Positions 1 to 9,795 of a stretch of 64,000 bases of DNA are shown in pieces. The stretch is from Eledone cirrhosa (taxonomy: Eukaryota). The DNA lies in assembly GCA_964016885.1 (NCBI GenBank), contig CAXHJY010000491.1, positions 1-64,000 on the forward strand. Direction: 5' to 3'. Every line of letters starts with the position of its first letter. The stretch's first letter is position 1. Position numbers and translations under genes: made by a program. Below the pieces are notes generated by a model, which was not told where the DNA came from, searched no databases, and worked only from the letters and a program-made list of their open reading frames with translations.

Positions 1-3
1 CAT

Positions 4-5
<2 letters not shown>

Positions 6-61
<56 letters not shown>
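6..61. repeat. (GT)n microsatellite
   Basis: Perfect GT run; it explains the CVCV ORF at 8..208. Confidence 0.98.
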
Positions 62-65
<4 letters not shown>

Positions 66-833
66 TATGCGAGCGACGATTATATTATGATATTTGTATC
101 CAAATGATTTTAGATGTATGTATTACCTTCTTGCCCATCCTTTTGTTTTTCTTTTCCCCGTCTCTCTCTCTCCTCTCTCTCTCTTTATATATGTGTGTGT
201 GTGTGTAGTTTTCCTAATATGTCTCTTTCACTCTCTGTCTCTCTAAGAGGGTTGCCTTTTGATGGATGTATTACCTGCTTGTATGTTGACCGAATTTCAA
301 GGAGGTTATCCTTTTGAAATAAACATACATGCGACGTTCATCTCTATATTGATTATGATATAAATAATGGGATTGATGAGTTAATATCTGTATACAACAA
401 CTACAACGGTACGCGATGAGGCCTCCCACAGCCCCGCCGGACAGAATGGAGAAGGTGTTTCCCCGCAGGACGGCAAGGGAGACGCGCTGGAAAAGCCACT
501 CCGACTCGCGGGCTCACAGCTGCGGCTGGCCAGCTCAGCACGTATGGTGGTGAGTAAGGAGGTAGCCCTGGGGCTGAGGACACCAGAAGTCTCCACTGCC
601 AGGGGTACGACCGCAAATCTGTCGGAGAGTGACCGGTATTTGAGGAGGTTGGTCCCCTCAGCCCAACGTGCAGCAGAACCTGGGTATATATTGATATATT
701 GAAGATAGATACGGAAAGTAAAAGAAGGTTGTCATATAGAGAGTGAAGAGAGAGGGAGAGAGTAAAGCAGTTAAATTATAGAGAGCGTGAAATAGGAAGA
801 GAGAGAGAGACGACGCTCAGCTTATAATATTAT

Positions 834-927
834 AGATATACATATACATATACACACACACGCGCGCGCGCGCAGAAATATGTATATATATATATGCACT
901 GTATATATATATATATATATATATATA
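834..927. repeat. Compound (TA)/(CA)/(CG)/(TA) microsatellite
   Basis: Adjacent dinucleotide runs are directly visible. Confidence 0.9.
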
Positions 928-1256
928 AGTACGCTAATTGAATTTCATATTCTGTATGTTGCAGTAACTTAGTTTCAGCTTCTGTATTGAAATTTAATTT
1001 CAGACGCATCTTTTTACTTCCGTTATTTTGAAATTCTTTAGACACAAAGTGAAAATGTATTTCTTAATTCATGAAACCGGAAGTACATTTTGTAGTTCGT
1101 ACTGAAACTGAAACTAAGGTAATAAACTTATGAACAAACAATTTAGTCATAGATAATTGATATAACAATTTTAAAATAGTACCAGCATGACCACTATCCA
1201 ACGATTGAAATCAAAATCAATATAGGTGTCTATATCTCTCTCTATATATATATTTA

Positions 1257-1259
<3 letters not shown>

Positions 1260-1312
<53 letters not shown>
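1260..1312. repeat. (TG)n microsatellite
   Basis: Perfect TG run. Confidence 0.98.
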
Positions 1313-1314
<2 letters not shown>

Positions 1315-1446
1315 TCCACCATCACCATCCACTAGAAAATATATAAATACGATTGTTTTACCACGACAGCTGGGTTTCCTGATGATTTCTTTTGAGTGAA
1401 ACAGTTCTAGTCATACATAAGGCATAAGCCATTCAATATATTTACG

Positions 1447-1592
<146 letters not shown>

Positions 1593-1714
1593 GGATTTTA
1601 TATATATTTTCCATTTATTTAATATTGTAAATATACTCCAAATATTTGTCGAGTGCTTTTATATCAGTTATAAATATCTACTAGTTGTAACCCAACAATT
1701 TTAAATATAACTTT

Positions 1715-1716
<2 letters not shown>

Positions 1717-1766
<50 letters not shown>
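1717..1766. repeat. (TA)n microsatellite abutting the 5' end of PLE-1
   Basis: Perfect TA run ending 2 nt before the ATG at 1769. Confidence 0.97.
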
Positions 1767-1769
<3 letters not shown>

Positions 1770-3698
1770 TGGATTTTGAAAACGATATAATTTCTATCAT
1801 ACAAGGAGTCAAATTCAAGAGAAACTTCAAAGGCCAAGAATGTCTAAGAAGCATTAGGGATAATATTGAAAGCTTGGAGAGAACAGAGAAGATCTTGGTG
1901 AAATCGGACAAAACCAACAACCTTTATGGAGTGCAAACAGACATGTATAATGGCCTTATACTGAAAGAACTAAGGAAAAAGTACAAAGTAGCAGATAAGG
2001 ACGAACTGGAGAAAATGAATGTTGAGGCATCTTGTATAATGCATGAGTTGGAAATTGAGAACAAAACACAACCCTTCTTGCCTAGGAAATCCAAGATCAA
2101 TATGAAAGATCACTTAAACTTGTGGAAGGAAACTGGTGAGGTTATTGAGTGGTTTAAAGATATTAAATATAACAATAATAATAAATTTATTCAACTAGAT
2201 ATTGCTAACTACTATTCATCTATTACCCCTAATCTACTAAATAAGGCACTAAATTACGCATTCAAACATACAGACCTAACTAGCAATGAAATGCACATTA
2301 TATTATCGGCAAGGAAAACATTGATAGAATTTAATAACCAACTATGGACTAGGGCAGATAGAGATAATAATTTCGACATTACTATGGGATCATCTGACTC
2401 AGCTCAGGTAACGGACCTTGTGGGCCTATTTATAATTAATTCGCTGCATAGAAAAATACCTGGTGTAACCGGAGGATTATATCGTGATGACATGCTTTTA
2501 TTGAAAATAATAACTCTGAACTAAATAGAAAAAGAAAACAAATTATACAATTTTTTAATTACCTTAATCTAAAAATAGAAATAGAGAATAACCATAGAAT
2601 AGTCAATTTCCTAGATGTAACACTAAATCTCAACACATGTCTTCACTATCCACCTCACAAACTAAATGAAAACTTGAATTGTGTCAGTTTTAACTCTAAT
2701 CACCCCAGATCTGTTAAAAATACTATAGCGAACTCTGTTCAAGAACGTATCTCAAGAATTTCATCTAATAAAAATATTTTCGACGAAAAAGCGCAGTATT
2801 ACAATGAAGCGTTAGCTAGAGCAGGATATAGTGATAAAATTATGTACATCGATAATAATAGGCAAAATAACCAAAATAACAATTTTAATTACGGTAACAA
2901 CTTTAACAACTATAATAGAAAACATTACAATAATCCCAAAAGCCAGAAAAGAAATAGAACTAGAAATATAATATGGTTTGCACCCCCTTTCTCACTAAAT
3001 ATTAAAACACACATTGCTAAACTATTTTTTAAGGCTCTTGACAAACGCTTCCCTAGAACACATAAATATCACTCAATTTTTAATAGACATACTATAAAAT
3101 TAACTTACTCGTCCACCAAAAATTTAGCACAAAATATTAACAGAATAAATAATAGAAATCTAAAACCTAACCCAAATACCGATAATAGCCTAAACAATAT
3201 TCAATTAAACAACTGTAACTGTAGAAATAAATCTAAATGCCCGTTAAATAACAATTGCTTAGTTAAAAATATAATATACAATTGTAATGTTAAAACTGAC
3301 TTAAATTCTTTTAACTATGTTGGTTCCACCTCGACAGAATTTAAACTTCGCTATAATAATCATAAGAATTCTTTCACAGATCTAAACAAAAAAATTTCAA
3401 CTTCACTATCAGGCTTACTCTGGCAACTTAAACATGATAACGTTGGATATTCGATGTTTTGGAATATAGTCTCAAGAGGGATTCCTTTTAATTCCTCATC
3501 TGAGACATGTGACCTCTGCGTGGAGGAGATATTCTTTATATTAAAATCTAAAAATTCCCTTAATTTAAGGAGCAATTTATTCAGTTGCTGCAGACATAGA
3601 TTGAACTCAACGTTTAAATATAAATATAAATTTAAAATGTAGTATATTTAGTTAAGATATTTAATTAATTATGAAACCTGACGATAAATCTTTCGATT
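1767..3698 (+). mobile_element. Penelope-like retroelement PLE-1, 5'-truncated (motif style resembles the Hydra clade)
   Basis: RT plus C-terminal GIY-YIG coding region (see pseudogene entry). It starts directly at a (TA)n tract and ends in a half hammerhead motif at 3678-3698. The clade assignment is from remembered motif style, not a phylogeny. Confidence 0.88.
1769..3642 (+). pseudogene. PLE-1 reverse transcriptase / GIY-YIG endonuclease, disrupted
   Basis: RT motifs: SDKTNNLY, KDH, FIQLDIANYYSSI, FDITMGSSDSAQVTDLVG, GLYRDD. After a frameshift near 2500 the frame continues IENNNSELNRKRKQI...VNFLDVTLNL into ORF 2674..3642, with SNHP, IIWFAPPF, CNCRNKSKCPLNNNC, IIY..YVGST..FKLRYNNH (GIY-YIG), CDLCVEE and CRH. 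Confidence 0.9.
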
Positions 3699-4310
3699 CC
3701 TTCAACTTTTTCTTTTTTTAAACCTTCTTCATAAATATATACTAATGATGTAATTAAACTACCCTAAAATGTTGATGCTCCCAATCTATTGAATACATTT
3801 TACGCTAGATAAACTTCTATACTAAATATAAGAGCATCTGTAGAACAACAGGGTCTCCTAAATCTTTTAAATGATTTCTGCTAAATAAGTTTTGTTGAAT
3901 AATTTTGGTTTTTTGTTTGCTTTTTGATTCTGATTGCTTCTAATGAACTTGGCAATATATTGTCAGATAAATTGGAAGGGTAGATTTCTGTGGTTGATAT
4001 GGGGGGCATACTGTGTTTTTTTACGGCCCTAGATACTCTAGGGAGGGATGAAAGTATTCTTAGCGTTTTGATATATTAATATCTGTTGTCTCTGTGCAGA
4101 GGCCATATGTATTGATATGAGTATGGAATGATTACAGAGTATATTCTATTTTATCTGTTTATTCTATCTATCCATGTATGTGCGAACGCATATATATATA
4201 TATGTATGTGTGGCTATGGTTCTGGATACGTTACAGATATGCATAATATTCTATACATGAACGATAATCATGTATGTGAGGGCAGGAATATTAATATTAA
4301 TATATATTTT

Positions 4311-4930
4311 TATGTTACCAGTAGCACCAGTTGGTGCTACTCGTAACATGTATCCCAGTACAACCTGTCCCATGGTCGGGTCGTTGGCGACTAAACTGGC
4401 AACCCCACCAAGGTTTCTTGGTGAGGAGGGTGACTTTGGACATCCTGCAGGACTAAAAACAAAACCTGTCAAAGGGCAAAGGACTCTTAAGAGTCAATGA
4501 CCATTCAAAATCACCGGGAGAGATGACCCCTTAGCCTTTGTCAAGGCAGAATTCTAGGAGAAGGAAAACTCTGATATAACACCTGCAACCCTGATGGTAT
4601 CCAATGATGTTGACTTGTTCTTCTTTTTGGTAAATATCATCTTGGTTAAGAGAGTGGGACTGGCTTTGTGCAGTGCCTTTGCTCACTATAAAAGCTTCCC
4701 GGCACAGGCATTGCTTTATATCTGGAGATCTCTCTGCACTTGTCGTCACATGGTACCATGGGCCCAGCACTGCGTCAATAATTGTCACAAGTGTAGTGTT
4801 TGTACCAGAGTTTTCAAGTCGCTGGCTGGACTAAAAAGTCACACTCGTTCAGCGCATAGTAGGGGTTCTCCTACATGGATATAAAGTAGTTGCCGTACTC
4901 GAAAACGAGTTGGCAGCCACCATATATATA
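4311..4930 (+). mobile_element. Short non-autonomous RTE-type LINE derivative (5' UTR-like part fused to 3' end)
   Basis: The 3' part encodes a C2H2 finger HKCSVCTRVFKSLAGLKSHTRSAH (4786-4857), typical of RTE ORF C-termini, followed by the stem-loop ACTCG-aaaa-CGAGT (4897-4910) and a short (TA) tail. The 5' part is hairpin-rich and contains CTAGGAGAAGGAAAACTCTGA (4554-4574), which I recall from RTE 5' UTRs. No RT or APE sequence lies between them. Confidence 0.6.
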
Positions 4931-5835
4931 GTAAAATCTTTTATAACGCAGGGGAAAATGTTTTCATGTGAAATAAGAAATTACAGAGCTGATCACGTAA
5001 GTTCACGTGTATGTCTATAGTGTCAACTAGAACTTGAGATGACCTTCTATTTTTCTCTTTCTTTCTTTTTCCGGAAAATACATATATACTTATGTATTTC
5101 CGTAATTTTTGAAGTTTTATCTCAGTTTTTGGTATATCGACCTAAGAATTTTTAAACTAAACATATGGTCATTATTTTTCACACATTATATATCTATGTC
5201 TCATTCATGAATATTGATATTTACATTATAATACCCAATTCATATGAATTGATAATTCAAATTGATAGGACATAACGTAAAGTTGTAAATCCGTCATCCT
5301 TCTCTCTGGATATAGCTCTTTCTTCTCCTCCCTCTATACATGATGAAATTTAAGTATCGGCTGCTTTAACTTTACCTCTCGAGCTTATCTATTGTTTTCT
5401 CTCTTACCTCTCTCCTATATCTCTCACCTACCCATGTATAATTATTATTATTCGGTCTACCTCTTCCCCCCCCCCCCCACCTCTATCTTTCTCTACCTCT
5501 CTATTTATTTTTTATTTCTCTCCGTCTCCTTATCACAATAACTAAATAAATAAATAGATAAATAATTACAGTACTCCCTCCCTCCTAAATCTCTCAATTT
5601 ATATGATGAATTATTATTATTCATCTGTTGCCTCAGCTGCCTCTCATTTTTCACCTCTTCACTATTTTTCTCTCCCATATCTCTCTCTATCTCTCTCTGT
5701 GTTTCTTTACATACATCTCTTCCTGTTCTCCGTCTTTCTTTCTAACTGTGCTTAACACTAAATATTTATAAACATTTCACTACCAAACCAACTTCTCAAA
5801 TGGAAGTTGATCAATATTTATGGTACGTCAAATTT

Positions 5836-5942
5836 ATTTATAAAACTGCTTTTATATTGTATTTTATCTGAAGAAGGCATGCCATATTTTTAATATGGTA
5901 TCCCTGAAATATGTATAATGAAATAAATATGGTTTTATAAAT
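5836..5942 (+). ncRNA. Type I hammerhead ribozyme motif (HHR-A)
   Basis: CTGAAGA 5868-5874; stem II AGG-c-ATGCCATATT/ttt/AATATGGTAT-c-CCT; GAAA 5906-5909; self-complementary stem III ATATGTAT; AUA cleavage triplet ending at 5917; stem I ATATT-g-TATTTTAT/ATGAAATAAATAT extended by ATTTATAAAACT/GGTTTTATAAAT. Confidence 0.8.
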
Positions 5943-5966
5943 ATAGTTTCCATTTGTTTAATATCG

Positions 5967-5984
5967 TATATATATATATATATA
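5967..5984. repeat. (TA)n tract, left flank of PLE-2
   Basis: Nine TA units immediately left of the PLE-2 boundary. Confidence 0.9.
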
Positions 5985-6025
5985 GTTTTGCGAGGTTTTT
6001 TATATGAAATCGTGTGTCGAAACAA

Positions 6026-6895
6026 ATATTGTTATACTTGGGGCGGGTCATATTTGTGTAATATTGCCAGAATTAATAACAGAACACACTCTGGTTTTCG
6101 CTTCTCGCTGTCTTTTATATCGGTAATCTAATTTACTCGGTCTTCAATGTTGCCATTGACTGACCGACGGTCAAATATAATACAGATACAATATAGACAC
6201 AAACACATATATATAGTTTATCATAAATCTTTCGTTGCACATCTGCAACATCGTCAGTGGTGCTATTGTTTCCTCCTGTTGCATTGTATGTCTACGCCAT
6301 TTTTATTTAGTCTGTCTATATATTTATTTATTTATTTGCATGTTTGTTTGTTTTATTTTGTCTTCTTTGCGCATGCGTTTGTGTGTGTGTATAGTGTTTT
6401 GTTTGATGTGTGTTCGTGATTGGGTGACTAGTGTGTGTTTATGTGTTTGTTGTTATTGTGCTTGTGTATGTATTTATTTATCTATTTATTTACTTATTTA
6501 TACTTCTCTTAGGTCAGTGTTGTTTGTTTGGGTGTTGTTGTTATTCCATTCATTCTTTCTGTTTAGTCTTGGCCTTCTAGGTTCTATTTCACTGGCCTCT
6601 CTGATTTGCCTATCTGCTGGGTCATTTCTATGTTTAGATATTATTCTAATTTCAATGTTGTCTATGTTACCGTCATGTTATGTTACTGGCATGTTCGTAT
6701 AGTACTGAACCGTTTTTTCGTCCTTTTAGTTCCCCCCAGTGTTGGTCTATCCTTTCACCTATGCTACGAGCTGTCTCACCTATGTATGTTGTTGTCATGT
6801 TTCTGCAAGTACCCTCTGTACATCTTATGCTATAGACTACGTTTCTAGTTTTACAGTTTATCCGGGGGTTTACCTTACATATGATACATTTCCTA
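6026..6895 (-). repeat. Left arm of ~870-bp inverted repeat (inverted copy of PLE-2 3' end)
   Basis: ORFs 6673..6927(-) and 8822..9295(+) share RKCIICKVNPRINCKTRNVVY...YIGETARS. The nucleotide match runs from ATATTGTTATAC (6026) to TCCTA (6895), with scattered substitutions and a few indels. Confidence 0.96.
6213..6266 (-). ncRNA. Minimal type I hammerhead motif (HHR-B, inverted copy)
   Basis: Reverse complement of 9497-9550. Confidence 0.68.
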
Positions 6896-9295
6896 ATAGA
6901 GAAACTATTTTTCAACCCAGCTGACAAAACATATAAGATGGGTAATATCTATCCTACGAGGTTACCCTTTATTAAAAGAGTTTGCATACCACAACAAATA
7001 GATGACGAGACAGAGGCACAGTTTACCATAGCTAGAAATAAGATTAGACAAATAGTAGACAGGTATACTGAGAGAGAGAGCAGACCAGAGGCCCAACAAC
7101 TTGGGAAGAAACCTGTAGAAGGCTTGGTTAGCCTCAAGCAGCGCACAAGGGATGGTGAGGTAGTATGTCTACCCACGGATAAGTCTGGTAGGATGTCAAT
7201 AGATAGCATGCCGAACTACATCAAGGCTATGCAAACCCACATCACCAACGCGAGCGAAATTGCACAACAAACACACGATGGGAGAGAGAAAATCCTCAAC
7301 GCTCACATGATGATGTGGACTGACATCCTAAAGCCAAGCAGACGAACGGCCAACAACTTCCAGGCGTCTAACAATGGCATACCACCCTTGTATGGGCTCC
7401 GCAAAGACCACAAGACAGTCGACGACCCGACAGCAGGACCACCAACAAGACCCGTATGCGGAGCTAATATAGCTAGCAACTACAGGATCTCCTACTTCCT
7501 CTCAATGGTTATACGCCCTATAATCAAGATGTCCCCAGATGTATGTGACAGTACAGAGGACCTCCTCAGTAGAATCAGTGACTGCAACAAAAACAGGAAC
7601 CTATCCAACTGCATAATAGGCAGCATGGAGTGGTGTCACTGTACCCATCCATTAACATTGATTTTGCTGTGAAAAAATATGTGGAGATGATCATTGAGAG
7701 TGAGGTGGAGTTCTGCGACGTCGACACAGACGAACTGGGCCTCCTACTTAGACTTACCTACGACACTGACTACCTAGACAGCCATGACCTTAGACGTTTC
7801 TGCCCTAGTAGACCCATAAGAGGTAGACCCCCTCCATAACCTCAATGGCAAAAAAGACTCCCATGGGAAGGTGGATTGGGTGGACCAAAGCTATACGGAC
7901 CCCCCAAAACAATGATCAGGTAAGAAAAATGGTCGCACATGCAATAGGGGCTAGTATCAAAACTACCCTAAAGGACCACATATTTAAGTTCAACGAGAAG
8001 ATCTACACCCAAAATGAGGGAGCAGCCATTGGCGTCAGCATAGCTGGTGATGTTGCCAACCTTTTCATGGTATGGTGGGAAAGGAGACTTAAGGATCTCC
8101 TTAATGAGAACTCCATAGACCTCATCATGTACTCTCGTTATGTAGACGATATCAATATAGTTATAAGAAGCTCCCCACTAGAGAGCACTAACAAGTTTGA
8201 TTTAGAACGTAGCACAATGGAAAGCATCCAGCAGATAGCTAATTCCATACACCAGTGTATAACTGTAACTATCGACTTCCCTTCCAAACACCCTAACAAT
8301 AGACTACCTGTATTAGACACGGAACTCTGGATTAACACTATAGACGAGAGAGCCCAAATTCTCCACTCACACTATGCTAAACCCATGGCCTCCAAATACC
8401 TGATACTCAAAATCTCAGCAATGTCCAGTAGTGCTAAGTTTAATATTCTGATCGCAGATTTGGTACGAGTGATGAAGAATGTGTCCCGCATGTGCGACCC
8501 AACAGAAATGGAAAGACACATCCAACACTTCATCAACCGCATGCAGTTCTCTGGCTACGACCAAAGAGATAGAGTCAGAGTATACGACGGAGCCATGGAA
8601 AAGTATAAGACCCTCATAGAACTGGACATGAAAGGAATTGCCCATTATACAGGAGCAAATCATGGAACAGCTTAGATAGGGCTAGACATAAGATAGGGAA
8701 AGCCACCTCATGGTACGACAACCAGAGATACCAGAGTGTCATGTTTGTGGACGCTAACCCTGGAGGGAAATTAGCTAACCAGTGAAGAAAGGCCCTGAGA
8801 AAGACCCACTTAAAAATTAAGGTGGTAGAAAAGCCAGGAACCACCATAAAATCCCTGATCAGCAAAACCTACCCTTTTAAGAAAACCCACTGTACCAATA
8901 GGAAATGTATCATATGTAAGGTAAATCCCCGGATAAACTGTAAAACTAGAAACGTAGTCTATAGCATAAGATGTACAGAGGGTACTTGCAGAAACATGAC
9001 AACAACATACATAGGTGAGACAGCTCGTAGCATAGGTGAAAGGATAGACCAACACTGGGGGGAACTAAAAGGACGAAAAAACGGTTCAGTACTATACGAG
9101 CATGCCAGACAACAACATGACGGTAACATAGACAACATAGAAATTAGAATAATATCTAAACATAGAAATGACCCAGCAGATAGGCAAATCAGAGAGGCCA
9201 GTGAAATAGAACTTAGAAGGCCAAGACTAAACAGAAAGAATGAATGGAATAACAACAACACCCAAACAAACAACACTGACCTGAGAGAAGTATAA
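6896..9295 (+). pseudogene. PLE-2 reverse transcriptase / Cys-rich linker / GIY-YIG endonuclease, 5'-truncated and disrupted (Neptune/Nematis-like architecture)
   Basis: Motifs PTDKSGR, PPLYGLRKDHK, PTRPVCGA, GSM(D)VVSLYPSI, QNEGAAIG, YSRYVDDI, LPVLDTELW, HYAKPMAS, PLYR, VMFVDANPGGKLA, CTNRKCIIC, VVY..YIGETARS..ER..QH, RQIREA..I, LNRKNEW. There are three apparent 1-nt deletions (~7629, ~7833, ~8641) and an in-frame TGA at 8783-8785. Confidence 0.93.
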
Positions 9296-9744
9296 ATAAG
9301 TAAATAAATAGATAAATAAATAAATAAATAAATACACAAGCACAATAACAACAAACACATAAACACACACTAGTCACCCAATCACGAACACACATCAAAC
9401 AGAAGACAAAATAAAACAAACAAACAAGCAAATAAATAAATATATAGACAGACTAAATAAAAATGGCGTAGACATACAATGCAACGGGAGGAAACAATAG
9501 CACCACTGACGATGTTGCAGATGTGCAACGAAAGATTTATGATAAACTATATATATGTGTTTGTGTCTATATTGTATCTGTATTGTTTTTGACCGTCGGT
9601 CAGTCAATGGCAACATTGAGGACCGTGTAAATTAGATTACCGATATAAAAGACACAGAAGCGAAAAGCGAAAACCAACCAGACAGTGAGTGTGTTCTGTT
9701 ATTAATTCTGGCAATATTACATAAATATGACCCTCCCCAAGTAT

Positions 9745-9752
<8 letters not shown>
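8899..9752 (+). repeat. Right arm of ~870-bp inverted repeat (PLE-2 endonuclease plus 3' UTR/pLTR)
   Basis: Reverse complement of 6026-6895. Confidence 0.96.
9497..9550 (+). ncRNA. Minimal type I hammerhead motif (HHR-B) in PLE-2 pLTR
   Basis: CTGACGA 9506-9512, extra T, stem II GTTGCA/gatg/TGCAAC, GAAA 9530-9533, near-palindromic GATT, TA cleavage site at 9538-9539, and imperfect stem I ATAG-c-ACCA/TGAT-aaa-CTAT. Hammerheads in PLE pseudo-LTRs are established. Confidence 0.72.

Positions 9753-9791
<39 letters not shown>
9749..9791. repeat. (TA)n tract, right flank of PLE-2
   Basis: Perfect TA run directly after the pLTR end. Confidence 0.97.

Positions 9792-9795
<4 letters not shown>

Larger units (their letters stand above)
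5985..9752 (+). mobile_element. Penelope-like retroelement PLE-2 with inverted 5' pseudo-LTR, inserted in (TA)n
   Basis: RT-GIY-YIG body 6896-9295 plus a 3' UTR with a hammerhead. Bases 6026-6895 are the reverse complement of 8899-9752. TA repeats lie on both sides. Confidence 0.93.

Noticed and set aside
574-610. CTGAGGA as a hammerhead core
   Set aside because: No stem II followed by GAAA.
8-1045. Short ORFs 8..208, 114..317, 830..1045
   Set aside because: They are products of dinucleotide microsatellites and low-complexity sequence.
1379-1412. Hammerhead-like CTGATGA...GAAAC...GTC
   Set aside because: Stem II is weak, stem III needs a bulge, and the flanks cannot form stem I; at best a decayed remnant.
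6147-6924. Hydrophobic Cys-rich + strand ORFs (and their - strand mirrors at 8810-9616)
   Set aside because: They are antisense readings of the PLE-2 endonuclease and its low-complexity 3' UTR.
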